From the sequence record KJ019142.1: 64,000 nt of DNA, one strand, 5' to 3'. Below the pieces are notes generated by a model that was not told the DNA's origin, made no database searches, and was given only the letters and a program-made list of their open reading frames with translations. Shown in pieces: positions 36,344 through 45,948 of this stretch (position 1 is its first letter; every line of letters starts with the position of its first letter). A program made the position numbers and the translations under genes.

Positions 36344-37115
36344 AGGATATATCCTGATAGGTATTGGTGATAGGTATCTACAGATGACAGAGAACCTCAC
36401 TAAAACTCTAAAGAAACATGGAGATAATAGAGGATCCCTAACTATCACAAGATCGGATAATAGGGAACTCTATAGTGAGTGTAACACTGAGTTTGAGAGG
36501 AATGGAACTCTACCTAAGATTACCTTAGATAGATACTTACCTTTTGATCACAATATATTCCTAGATGCTGATATGTTATGTGTAGGTGATACACAACATG
36601 TATGGGATCTATTCAGGAGTAGTGATCAGTTTGTTCAACAGGTAGGATGTTTGGGAAGAGATCCTAACTTCCACGCTCACCAGTATGAGAGTGAGTTGGG
36701 TTTTGAGATTCCTAGAGTCCATGGTGGTTGTATCTACATCAATAGAGAGAAACTAGACCCAGGGTTCTTTCCCTATATGAGAGAGTGTTTCCTAAACTAT
36801 AAACAAATATTTCATAATAGTGGTCTAACCTATAAGAATAGTAGACCAGATCAACCACTATACGCTCTAGCAAATGGTATGTGGGGATTTAAACCTGTGG
36901 ATCTATACACTAACCCTATCATGACTATTGTGAATGATAGTACCCCACCCCCACTAGATAGTGTGTTCTTCAATAAGAAGAGGGGTCCTAAGTTAGATAC
37001 TCCTGTTCCCTTTGTTCATGTATTCCGTGGAGAAGAGGGTATGTCTAGGGGTTATACTAGAGGTGACCAGAAGATGTTGTTGTCCCATTATGATTACTAC
37101 CTGAACTATGAATAA
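36330..37115 (+). CDS. GT-A fold glycosyltransferase (GT8-like)
   Basis: IFLDADML DxD motif, DQP motif. Confidence 0.65.
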   Translation: MGGTEGYILIGIGDRYLQMTENLTKTLKKHGDNRGSLTITRSDNRELYSECNTEFERNGTLPKITLDRYLPFDHNIFLDADMLCVGDTQHVWDLFRSSDQFVQQVGCLGRDPNFHAHQYESELGFEIPRVHGGCIYINREKLDPGFFPYMRECFLNYKQIFHNSGLTYKNSRPDQPLYALANGMWGFKPVDLYTNPIMTIVNDSTPPPLDSVFFNKKRGPKLDTPVPFVHVFRGEEGMSRGYTRGDQKMLLSHYDYYLNYE

Positions 37116-37896
37116 AACTATATGGATGTGTTGGTTCCAGGGTTGGGATAAGGCACCAGAGATTACAGAGAAGTGTTTAGAGTCCTGGAAACACTACAAT
37201 AGTGATTGGGATATTGTTCTACTAGATGAATCCAACTACAAGGATTACATCTCCATTGATAAAGAACTACCAGGACTGAAGACAAACTATATCTCACTGG
37301 GTGATATCCTTCGTCTCTTTCTACTAAAAGAGCATGGTGGAGTATGGGCAGATGCAACTATCTTCTGCAACAAACCAGTGGATTGGGTTTTGGATTATGA
37401 GGATTCTTTCATCTTCACCAGGAAGGATAAGATGATTGCCTCTTGGTTTGTTGCTGCTCAGAAAGATTCCCATGTTGTAGATGTATGGTATAATAAGATG
37501 TTAGAGTTCTGGAAGTATCGTATGGAAAATACAGATACTTTCGAGCAACAATATGGTTGGATACACGCTTTGTTCCGTCAGTCCTACGCTCAGGATAGGG
37601 GGTTCAGGGATATTGTAGATAGTATGGATAAGATTGATTGCATGAGTGATGGTCAATCTAGAGGTAAGGGTCCGCACTTTTTTGCACCCTACAGTAAATA
37701 CTTCTACAACCCTATCAGTGACACGATAAAGAATCGTATAGACTCTAAAGTTGATCCACTATATAAGTTGTCTTACAAGGCAAACACAGACTGGAGAAGT
37801 CCAGAGAACAGGGGTATCCACCCAGCAGACCAAAAGATTATGTTGGAATATCCAACTAATAGTGAACTACATTATCTACTCAACACATTAAAATGA
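37108..37896 (+). CDS. capsular polysaccharide synthesis protein (DxD glycosyltransferase, GT32-like)
   Basis: IWMCWFQG...CLESW...DILRLFLLKEHGGVWADAT. Confidence 0.85.
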   Translation: MNKTIWMCWFQGWDKAPEITEKCLESWKHYNSDWDIVLLDESNYKDYISIDKELPGLKTNYISLGDILRLFLLKEHGGVWADATIFCNKPVDWVLDYEDSFIFTRKDKMIASWFVAAQKDSHVVDVWYNKMLEFWKYRMENTDTFEQQYGWIHALFRQSYAQDRGFRDIVDSMDKIDCMSDGQSRGKGPHFFAPYSKYFYNPISDTIKNRIDSKVDPLYKLSYKANTDWRSPENRGIHPADQKIMLEYPTNSELHYLLNTLK

Positions 37897-38798
37897 CAAA
37901 TAAATCATTGGTTACCGGTGGCGCGGGTTTCATCGGGTCACATATTGTGGACCGACTTATTACACTAGGACATCAAGTCGTAGTGATTGACAATGAATCC
38001 TCTGATGGTCATGATGAATACCATTGGAACAGAAGCGGACAAGTACAAAACCATAAGGCAGACATTCGTGACTACGATGCAATCAAACACTTGTTTGGTG
38101 GAGTCAATAATGTTTTTCACCTTGCCGCTAAAGCATCAGTACAGGCGTCAGTAGATAACCCCCTACCAACTATTGCCACACAGGTAATGGGAACCGCCAA
38201 TGTATTGGAGGCAGCACGACAATCTGGTGTGAGTAAGTTTGTATATTCCTCTACTAGTGCTTGTTATGGTAACAACAACCCCATTCCTAATGTAGAAACG
38301 ATGAGAGAAGATCCTCTCAACGCCTATGCTATTGGTAAGTTATCTGGGGAACAACTAGTTCGTGCCTATCACTACCTCTATGGTATGAAGACGGTGGCAT
38401 TCCGTTATACCAATGTGTATGGGGAGAGGGCAAGACACGTAGGACACTACGCTCCTGCTGTTAGTAAGTTCCTAAAGATGAGAGCACAGGGAGAACCTCT
38501 AACTATCTTTGGTGATGGCGCCCAACGCCGAGACTTTATTCATGTATCTGATGTAGTCAACGCTAATTGCTGTATTACCTATGAGGAACTAGAGCAGTGG
38601 GGTGAGACCTATAACATTGGTTATGGTAAGAACTGGAGTATCCAAGAGATCGCAGACTCTATCAGTCAGGAACAGATTCACCTATCTGCTCGTACTGGTG
38701 AGATGCGTGAGACGCTTGCTGATATTGGGAAGGCAAAGGCAGAGTTGATGTGGAAACCAAAGACTGACATCATGGATTGGATTAGGGTACAACTCTGA
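37893..38798 (+). CDS. NAD-dependent nucleotide-sugar epimerase/dehydratase
   Basis: TGGAGFIGSH, FHLAA, YAIGK, RYTNVYG, RDFIHVSDVV. Confidence 0.93.
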   Translation: MTNKSLVTGGAGFIGSHIVDRLITLGHQVVVIDNESSDGHDEYHWNRSGQVQNHKADIRDYDAIKHLFGGVNNVFHLAAKASVQASVDNPLPTIATQVMGTANVLEAARQSGVSKFVYSSTSACYGNNNPIPNVETMREDPLNAYAIGKLSGEQLVRAYHYLYGMKTVAFRYTNVYGERARHVGHYAPAVSKFLKMRAQGEPLTIFGDGAQRRDFIHVSDVVNANCCITYEELEQWGETYNIGYGKNWSIQEIADSISQEQIHLSARTGEMRETLADIGKAKAELMWKPKTDIMDWIRVQL

Positions 38799-39415
38799 TG
38801 CCAGTATTTCAGAAGGACAACAAGAAAGTTCTATTCATCCATGTTCCCAAGACTGCAGGAAGTTCTGTGAATAAACTCTTTGTGAATAATGGATATGAAA
38901 TGTCCTACTATTCTGAGAGTTCTAAAGATCTATACAATGGATTATGTGGACCACAACATCTGGACTCACTTCTATTGGAAGATGAGTTCCAAGATTTCTC
39001 TCAGTTTGATTATATCTTCTCTATCTTCAGAGACCCAGTAGACAGACATCTATCTGAGTTCACCTGGGCACCCTGGGGACTAATGGGTAGAAACATCTAC
39101 ACACCAGAAAGATTTGATGAGTGGTGTCCTAAGATATTCAGAGCGTATCAGGACTCACCATATAGGATGGATAATCACATTAGACCTCAACATGAGTTCT
39201 ATGTCAATGGATGTGATGTGTATGACTATGAAAATATCAATACACTCACAGAGAAACTATGTGATAAAATAGGTCTAGATAATAAAGAGATGCCATATGA
39301 AAGGTCTTCACGATATGATAGTGAGGATTATGTCATCTATGAAGATACTTACAATTGTATTACTGAATTTTACAAAGGAGACTATCAATGGCAAAAGGAT
39401 TCAGTCCTGTTGTGA
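38798..39415 (+). CDS. sulfotransferase family 2-like protein
   Basis: FIHVPKTAGSS, FRDPVDRHLSEF, HIRPQHEF. Confidence 0.85.
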   Translation: MPVFQKDNKKVLFIHVPKTAGSSVNKLFVNNGYEMSYYSESSKDLYNGLCGPQHLDSLLLEDEFQDFSQFDYIFSIFRDPVDRHLSEFTWAPWGLMGRNIYTPERFDEWCPKIFRAYQDSPYRMDNHIRPQHEFYVNGCDVYDYENINTLTEKLCDKIGLDNKEMPYERSSRYDSEDYVIYEDTYNCITEFYKGDYQWQKDSVLL

Positions 39416-40266
39416 CTAAGGATAAGAACAAGTCCCAGTTCAAACTACAGGGTGTTCCTAGGATTTACTACATCAGTTTAGATGATCATGCTCATCGTCA
39501 AGACTATATGGAGTCCCAGTTTGAAGACTGGGGCATCACTAACTTCGAAAGAATCTCTGCTCATGATGGTAGAGGTGATAATGATCTGAGTGATATTCTC
39601 AAAGGATCTTATCCAAAGATGATGAGTTCTGGTGAGGTTGGTTGTGTAACCTCTCACCTAAAGGCACTAAAACACTGGTTAGATACTACAGAGGGTGAAG
39701 AGTTTCTCCTTATGATGGAGGATGATTGTGATATCTCCACTGCTGCCCACTGGGGTTTCTCCTGGAGGGAGTTTATTGGGAATATTCCATCCCATGTAGA
39801 TTGTGTTCAGTTAGCAGTTATCAACCCATCAGAACTACATATCAAACTCCATATCAGGTTTGTGAATGATTTCTCCACTGCCTCATACCTAATCCGTAGA
39901 TCACACGCAGAGAAGTTAGTTAGACTCTATTGTAGGGGTGATAAGTATAAACTTGATAGTGATATCAAACCCAGAGCAGTTGCTGATGATCTTATCTACA
40001 ACTCTGGTGTGACTCTTGCTATGCCTCTATTTGCCTTCAAGATTGCACTAGGTTCCAGTATCCATGATGTCCATATCAATACCTTCCACAAGAGTAGTCA
40101 TGATGGTATCTGGGAGTTTTGGAAGAAAACAGCACCAACTATTGAGAACTGGAAACCATTCTTCAACTATGATGCCTATCTGGGAACCCTACCACCCAAT
40201 GTTGTGGTTCAACAATGGCAGCAAAAACAGGAATCCAAAGCAAAAGATTCAGGGGCTTCGCAATAG
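39388..40266 (+). CDS. GT25 family glycosyltransferase
   Basis: YISLDDHAHRQ...FERISAHDG...GEVGCVTSH...MEDD. Confidence 0.88.
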   Translation: MAKGFSPVVTKDKNKSQFKLQGVPRIYYISLDDHAHRQDYMESQFEDWGITNFERISAHDGRGDNDLSDILKGSYPKMMSSGEVGCVTSHLKALKHWLDTTEGEEFLLMMEDDCDISTAAHWGFSWREFIGNIPSHVDCVQLAVINPSELHIKLHIRFVNDFSTASYLIRRSHAEKLVRLYCRGDKYKLDSDIKPRAVADDLIYNSGVTLAMPLFAFKIALGSSIHDVHINTFHKSSHDGIWEFWKKTAPTIENWKPFFNYDAYLGTLPPNVVVQQWQQKQESKAKDSGASQ

Positions 40267-40310
40267 AACATATATATGTTATAATATTTACATTCACCCA
40301 TGAGGTTATT

Positions 40311-40430
40311 ATGAAATTTGGTTTTACCCCCGAAGCAGAAATCCTAAACGCTCGTTTGGCAATGTTGGGATTCGTTATCGCCGTAGGCACTTACTTGACC
40401 ACAGGTCAGATTATTCCAGGAGTTCTTTGA
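40311..40430 (+). CDS. hli: high-light-inducible protein
   Basis: [13 protein letters not shown]...TGQIIPG; ATG 40311 after RBS GAGG. Confidence 0.92.
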   Translation: MKFGFTPEAEILNARLAMLGFVIAVGTYLTTGQIIPGVL

Positions 40431-40723
40431 TGGCGTTTTCTGTAACACTTAGATCACCTACTGGTGAAGATAAAGTTGTAACAGTGGAGGGAGATCAATA
40501 CATCCTAGATGCCGCAGAGGAAGCGGGTGTAGATCTCCCATATTCATGTAGAGCTGGTGCTTGTTCATCCTGTGCAGGTAAGATTGTATCTGGAAAGGTG
40601 AATCAAGAAGACCAGTCATTCTTAGATGATGATCAGATCGAAGCAGGTTTCGCACTCTTATGTGTAGCTTATGCCGAATCTGATTGTGTGATTGAGACGG
40701 AAAAAGAGGAAACCCTTTACTGA
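40430..40723 (+). CDS. petF: plant-type [2Fe-2S] ferredoxin
   Basis: [15 protein letters not shown]...LLCVAY. Confidence 0.97.
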   Translation: MAFSVTLRSPTGEDKVVTVEGDQYILDAAEEAGVDLPYSCRAGACSSCAGKIVSGKVNQEDQSFLDDDQIEAGFALLCVAYAESDCVIETEKEETLY

Positions 40724-40728
40724 GACTG

Positions 40729-40878
40729 ATGTCTAATCCAAACGCTCTATATGAAGATATGGAGAAACTGAATGCCCTCTACGAAGAACTTTGTTGGGGG
40801 CATAACGATGAACTACAATTTTCCCATGACGGGGAGAGCATTATTATTACCAATAAAACCCAGGAGAAACAAAAATGA
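40729..40878 (+). CDS. small conserved cyanophage protein (49 aa)
   Basis: MSNPNALYEDMEKLNALYEELCW; read by eye. Confidence 0.6.
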   Translation: MSNPNALYEDMEKLNALYEELCWGHNDELQFSHDGESIIITNKTQEKQK

Positions 40879-41084
40879 CAGTAACAACTGAAGACGGCGG
40901 CCGCACAAACATGTACGCCACTGAACCCACTATGTTTATTGATCCTTCTTACACTGAGAAGTATGGTTTAGAAACACACGCGGAACGAGCTGAAACAGCA
41001 AACGGGCGTTGGGCAATGATTGGATTTGTTTCTGGTATTGTATCCTATGTTATTACTGGTAACTTCTTCTTTGGTGTTATCTAA
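40875..41084 (+). CDS. hli: high-light-inducible protein
   Basis: AETANGRWAMIGF...TGNFFFG. Confidence 0.92.
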   Translation: MTVTTEDGGRTNMYATEPTMFIDPSYTEKYGLETHAERAETANGRWAMIGFVSGIVSYVITGNFFFGVI

Positions 41085-41090
41085 TATTAG

Positions 41091-41118
41091 AAGGAGGGTT
41101 TGATACCCTCCTTTTTTT
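41091..41118 (+). terminator. intrinsic terminator
   Basis: AAGGAGGGT/ACCCTCCTT plus T run. Confidence 0.8.
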
Positions 41119-41165
41119 GTGCTCCCATAAATACCTTCTAGGCACCCACACACCTTCGTATCAAA

Positions 41166-43481
41166 ATGGCATTTAAGATTAATGGCGTAGTACGCATTGA
41201 TAATAGTGGCAACGGTTTTCTGGGAATTGTAACCGCTACCGACGCTAATATCACAGGAGTTCTCACTGCCACTGAGGTGGATGCGAAAGTATCATCTAAG
41301 GCAATAACTGAACAAACAGATGGAACCGTAGATGATGTAACTGGTGCAGATGAACTATTACTATTAGATGCTGAGACTGGTGGATTACTAAGAGTATCAA
41401 TAGATGAGTTCGTGCAGGGTTCAGGCATTGGAACTCTAGTAACGGACTTTGATAACTTAACTGTTACTGGTATCACAACCGTTGCCACCCTCAAAGGTAT
41501 TGGATCTAATAACATCAGTGTAGGGAGCACACTTTCCTTTGCTGATGGTACAGAGATCATCATGGGTGACTCTGGTGACTTCAGTATTCATCATGATGGT
41601 GACCATACTTACCTAGATGAGACGGGGCAGGGTAATCTAAAACTCCGTACAAATAACTTTAGAGTAACAAATATAGCAGAAACAAAACCAGCTATTACAG
41701 CACAGGTTACTTCTGGTGTTGAGTTGTATTTTGATGGTAATAAGAAGATAGAAACTACAAATACTGGTGTTCTTGTGAGTGGTATGCTCACTGCTGATAG
41801 ATTAAGATCAGGTGATATTGCTGCTAGAAATGTAATCACACTGGGTATTACCACTATCCAAGATCATTTGGAAGTGAATGATAGTACTGGTTCTGGTACG
41901 GAATATAATCTTAATGTTAAGACTAATGGTAGTTCTACCTTTGGTGTCTTAGGTAATGGAAATATTCTACTTGGAAACAGTTCCGGTGCTCCATTCATGG
42001 CGACGAATGATCACCACGCAACTTCCAAGAAATATGTAGATGACGCCATCGCTGATGATCCTAGCGGTGCTGCGGCTTGGGGTACTGTTGCCTCAAACAA
42101 CAGTGGTGGTGCTAGTAGTATTACTTTACTGGGTGGGATGAATGTAGCAAGTGTCACAGCTGGCACATCAAATGCAAAAGGAAATTTCGTGGTTACATTT
42201 GCCACTCCAATGCCTGATGCAAACTATTCAGTAACCGCTAGTTATAATAACGCTAATGTTAACACATATGGGGATATTAGTGTAGGTTCTAAAACAGCAA
42301 GTAGTTTTGAGGTTCAAACTTTTGAATCATCAAATCTGCCTGACTGGCAGGGGTTTGGATTTGTCGTCTTCGCAACCAATGCCCTCCCACCAACAGGCGG
42401 CACCGGCACAGATAGCTGGGCAGCTGTAGATCAAACTATTGTTAATGGTGCTTGTAATGTACCAGCTAGCTTTAATGTTGCGTCAGTAACTAGAACTGGA
42501 CTGGGCCTATATGACGTGGTGTTTACAACGCCGATGCCTACTGATAAATACAGCGTTGTGGGTAGCATTACCCGAGACACATTTTCTAATTTCTGTACTT
42601 CTAATAGGTCGGCTACTGGCTTTACAGTAAAGAACACCTATCAGAATCGCGATAACGGTGCTACTCAGTATGCAGACAACCCTTTCTCCTTCACCGTCAA
42701 CGCCACCAACGCAACGCTACCTGAAACTATTACAACGGATCAGTTTACCTCTGCGTTTAATGCTCCTACCTTCAAAAACATTCTCATCAATGGAAATCTG
42801 ACAATTAATCAACGTAATGTTAATATTACATCTGTTTCTGCCGGTGAATATGGTGAAGATCGTTGGAAAAAGACATTAGGTGGGATGACGCAGATTGTTG
42901 AAGATGGTAATTATCTACCAAGTTCTTCTTACACTTTATCTGGAACAGGTATTACTACAACTACAGCAAACTCACCTGCTTCTGGTGACTGGGACATCTC
43001 AACAACCTTTGGTGATATTCCTATTACTGCTCGTTCTATCCAACTTGAATATGGCAACGTAGCCTCAGCGTTTGACTTGAGACCGGTTGGGGTGGAGCTG
43101 AGTTTGTGTCATCGTTATTTTTATAGAATAATAAGGTCCGTCAACAGCACTCCTTTTACTATTAAATCTAACAGTAACTCAAACGACATTCCCGCTGTAG
43201 GCTCGATCGAGTGTTCTTACAGTGTAGTTTTTCCAGCCATAATGAGAACCCAACCTACTGGCTCAAATTACAGTAACAACGGAGCAAATAACTATTTGGC
43301 AATTCCAGGATATAGGGCTATTACTAACTCTTTTCTGGCAAGCGATGTAAGTTTTTCATACGCATCCTCTGAAGCCGCAGTAATTTTAGTGGATACGACC
43401 TTAGGGAGCATCGGAGTAGTTCAAGGAGCTGCGTTCCCGCTAGAGGCGGCTTTTAGTTATGACATCGACGCCGAACTTTAA
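41166..43481 (+). CDS. tail fibre / receptor-binding-like protein
   Basis: 771 aa Gly/Thr/Ser/Asn rich; VELYFDGNKKIETTNTGV fibre motif; duplicated W...NVASVT...F.TPMP..YSV domain; late-type CATAAATA upstream. Confidence 0.8.
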   Translation: MAFKINGVVRIDNSGNGFLGIVTATDANITGVLTATEVDAKVSSKAITEQTDGTVDDVTGADELLLLDAETGGLLRVSIDEFVQGSGIGTLVTDFDNLTVTGITTVATLKGIGSNNISVGSTLSFADGTEIIMGDSGDFSIHHDGDHTYLDETGQGNLKLRTNNFRVTNIAETKPAITAQVTSGVELYFDGNKKIETTNTGVLVSGMLTADRLRSGDIAARNVITLGITTIQDHLEVNDSTGSGTEYNLNVKTNGSSTFGVLGNGNILLGNSSGAPFMATNDHHATSKKYVDDAIADDPSGAAAWGTVASNNSGGASSITLLGGMNVASVTAGTSNAKGNFVVTFATPMPDANYSVTASYNNANVNTYGDISVGSKTASSFEVQTFESSNLPDWQGFGFVVFATNALPPTGGTGTDSWAAVDQTIVNGACNVPASFNVASVTRTGLGLYDVVFTTPMPTDKYSVVGSITRDTFSNFCTSNRSATGFTVKNTYQNRDNGATQYADNPFSFTVNATNATLPETITTDQFTSAFNAPTFKNILINGNLTINQRNVNITSVSAGEYGEDRWKKTLGGMTQIVEDGNYLPSSSYTLSGTGITTTTANSPASGDWDISTTFGDIPITARSIQLEYGNVASAFDLRPVGVELSLCHRYFYRIIRSVNSTPFTIKSNSNSNDIPAVGSIECSYSVVFPAIMRTQPTGSNYSNNGANNYLAIPGYRAITNSFLASDVSFSYASSEAAVILVDTTLGSIGVVQGAAFPLEAAFSYDIDAEL

Positions 43482-43523
43482 ACTCCTTAATTCCTTACAA
43501 TAGAACTATCACACTTTAAAACT

Positions 43524-43766
43524 ATGGCTTATACTTACGCATTTACTGATGCTGATAACAACAGCATCAAACGCACTGATGAAGACGGTAACGTTGCATT
43601 CGTTCCAGTCGCAGAAGGCAATCGTGACTACGCAGAATATCTATCCTCTGGTATCACTGCCGATGCATACGTAGCACCACCGGAACCAGAACCCCTTACT
43701 CCAGAAGAGAAACTAGCCAACTCTGGACTGACAGTTGATGAGCTAAAGAGTTTGTTAGATCTATAG
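43524..43766 (+). CDS. small protein downstream of fibre (possible assembly chaperone)
   Basis: AFVPVAEGNRDYAEYL...GLTVDELKSLL. Confidence 0.6.
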   Translation: MAYTYAFTDADNNSIKRTDEDGNVAFVPVAEGNRDYAEYLSSGITADAYVAPPEPEPLTPEEKLANSGLTVDELKSLLDL

Positions 43767-43870
43767 GTGTGACAGCCAGCAAACTGGCACAGGGGGTTGG
43801 CACCCTGGGGAATCTGTGTTATAATAAACACATAAATAAGATATGTAAAGTTCTTATTACAACACTTCCA

Positions 43871-43975
43871 TCTAACCGAGACCTACGGGGAAGTAAAATA
43901 CGTCTCTAATACCTACACCGGAGGGTGGTGTAGGAATAATACTATCGTCAGCTCCCCCTGGCACTACTTACCCTT
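43871..43975 (+). ncRNA. PhotoRC-II-like structured RNA in the psbA leader
   Basis: GAGAC/GTCTC and CCTACACC/GGTGTAGG stems directly upstream of psbA, the known location of this motif in cyanophages. Confidence 0.7.
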
Positions 43976-43983
43976 TTTACACA

Positions 43984-45063
43984 ATGGCTTCAACACTTAC
44001 ACGCCGTCAAGGCGCATCTATCTGGGATCAGTTTTGTTCCTGGGTCACATCAACCAACAATCGTCTTTACGTCGGTTGGTTCGGTGTTCTAATGATTCCT
44101 ACATTGTTAGCCGCAACTGTATGTTTCATTATCGCTTTCGTGGGTGCTCCCCCAGTGGACATCGACGGAATCCGTGAACCAGTAGCTGGTTCACTCATGT
44201 ATGGAAACAACATCATCTCTGGTGCAGTTGTTCCTAGTTCAAACGCAATCGGTCTACACTTCTACCCAATCTGGGAAGCAGCCACACTCGACGAATGGCT
44301 CTACAACGGTGGTCCTTTCCAACTAGTTGTCTTCCACTTCCTTATTGGTATCTACGCCTATATGGGACGTGAGTGGGAACTCTCTTATCGTTTAGGTATG
44401 AGACCTTGGATCTGTGTAGCATACTCTGCACCAGTTGCAGCAGCTTCAGCAGTATTCCTAGTCTATCCTTTCGGTCAAGGTTCATTCTCAGACGCGATGC
44501 CCTTGGGTATCTCTGGAACATTCAACTACATGTTGGTCTTCCAAGCAGAACATAACATCTTGATGCACCCCTTCCACATGTTGGGAGTCGCAGGTGTCTT
44601 CGGTGGTTCATTGTTCTCAGCGATGCATGGTTCACTTGTTACCTCTTCACTTGTCCGTGAGACAACTGAAACTGAGTCACAGAACTATGGTTACAAGTTC
44701 GGCCAAGAAGAAGAGACCTATAACATCGTGGCAGCCCATGGCTACTTCGGTCGTTTGATCTTCCAATACGCTTCATTCAACAACTCACGCTCACTCCACT
44801 TCTTCTTAGCCGCATGGCCAGTTGTGGGTATCTGGTTCACCGCACTTGGTGTTTCCACAATGGCATTCAACCTCAATGGTTTCAACTTCAACCAGTCTGT
44901 TATCGACGGACAAGGTAGAGTATTGAACACCTGGGCGGATGTTCTTAACAGAGCTGGTCTTGGGATGGAAGTAATGCATGAGAGAAATGCACACAACTTC
45001 CCACTAGATTTGGCAGCAGCTGAGTCCACACCAGTGGCTCTAATTGCACCATCTGTTGGTTGA
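43984..45063 (+). CDS. psbA: photosystem II D1 protein
   Basis: [27 protein letters not shown]; uninterrupted 359 aa. Confidence 0.99.
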   Translation: MASTLTRRQGASIWDQFCSWVTSTNNRLYVGWFGVLMIPTLLAATVCFIIAFVGAPPVDIDGIREPVAGSLMYGNNIISGAVVPSSNAIGLHFYPIWEAATLDEWLYNGGPFQLVVFHFLIGIYAYMGREWELSYRLGMRPWICVAYSAPVAAASAVFLVYPFGQGSFSDAMPLGISGTFNYMLVFQAEHNILMHPFHMLGVAGVFGGSLFSAMHGSLVTSSLVRETTETESQNYGYKFGQEEETYNIVAAHGYFGRLIFQYASFNNSRSLHFFLAAWPVVGIWFTALGVSTMAFNLNGFNFNQSVIDGQGRVLNTWADVLNRAGLGMEVMHERNAHNFPLDLAAAESTPVALIAPSVG

Positions 45064-45084
45064 TCACTCAACCTGTGGTATGAT

Positions 45085-45113
45085 AAAGGGGGACTTCGGT
45101 CCCCTTTCTTTTT
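45085..45113 (+). terminator. intrinsic terminator
   Basis: AAAGGGGGAC-TTCG-GTCCCCTTT plus T-rich tail. Confidence 0.85.
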
Positions 45114-45133
45114 CTTTTGTAATGTAAAGTTTT

Positions 45134-45364
45134 ATGTCTCACGATCTAATCGAATTGCTCACTTACTATGTGATCGGTGGTGCCCTTATCATAGGACCAC
45201 CCGCTATCTTTCTCATCATTGCTATGATGGCAGCACTCCAAAATACGAAAGGTCGCATGGTTGGATACAAAGATCACAAAACTTATGGTGATTCATCCAT
45301 CTACGATCCGGCACCAAAATTGCCAGTAGATCAAACAAAATTCTTCCTGGAACTTAACAACTGA
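45134..45364 (+). CDS. small membrane protein
   Basis: 76 aa, one TM segment. Confidence 0.7.
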   Translation: MSHDLIELLTYYVIGGALIIGPPAIFLIIAMMAALQNTKGRMVGYKDHKTYGDSSIYDPAPKLPVDQTKFFLELNN

Positions 45365-45375
45365 GGTAAACAAAA

Positions 45376-45423
45376 ATGACGACAAGTACACTTACAACAC
45401 CACAAAGGGGGTGTATTCGTTAG
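45376..45423 (+). pseudogene. psbD: 5' stub of a psbD gene (MTTSTLTTPQRG, then CIR-stop)
   Basis: RBS GAGGT; the first 12 codons match the usual cyanophage D2 N-terminus and break off within the Trp codon. Confidence 0.7.
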
Positions 45424-45783
45424 TCTGGAAGCAACTGACACAAATACCATAGGGGTATTGGCAAAACCCAAAAATATGTGTTATACTGGGTAGGGATAGG
45501 TAGAGTATTCAGGGGTGAAAAGACTACCTATACCCCCCAATAATACACAGCAATAATACACAGAGAATACTTATAATAAAACCCCTACGGGGTTTGCCTA
45601 CGGGCAACTGAAAGAGATATATGTATAGGGGCAACTGATATAACTGCTATGCCCGCTACGCCAACCTGAAAAACCACAAAGGTAGTATAACACCAGAAGT
45701 AGTTATTGGCAACTATCTAGAAACTATCTAGTTGCCGCAGGGGTTTTTATGCGTTATAATAATAATACCCTGAATACAAAACT

Positions 45784-45948
45784 ATGAGTATGATAAAACA
45801 GCGCCTGTATGAGGTAGATATTGCCCCAACAGAAGAAGATATGGCAGAGTATGAGTTATACTGCTACTACCAAGATATGGTAGAGCGGTATAATACTACC
45901 GCCCCAGAGAAGTTTTTAGAAGAGGCGTTTGGTGAAGAGGTAGAGTGA
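45784..45948 (+). CDS. small acidic protein (54 aa) in the cassette
   Basis: ATG after TATAAT at about 45755; TGA overlaps the GTG of the HNH gene. Confidence 0.55.
   Translation: MSMIKQRLYEVDIAPTEEDMAEYELYCYYQDMVERYNTTAPEKFLEEAFGEEVE

Noticed and set aside
41138-41563. Long minus-strand ORFs (e.g. 41138-41563, 28121-28477, 50829-51182, 54497-54910 and those opposite the giant gene)
   Set aside because: Antisense shadows of well-supported + strand genes, with no RBS or motif support
43984-45063. Group I intron in psbA (as in some cyanophages)
   Set aside because: psbA is a continuous 359-aa ORF
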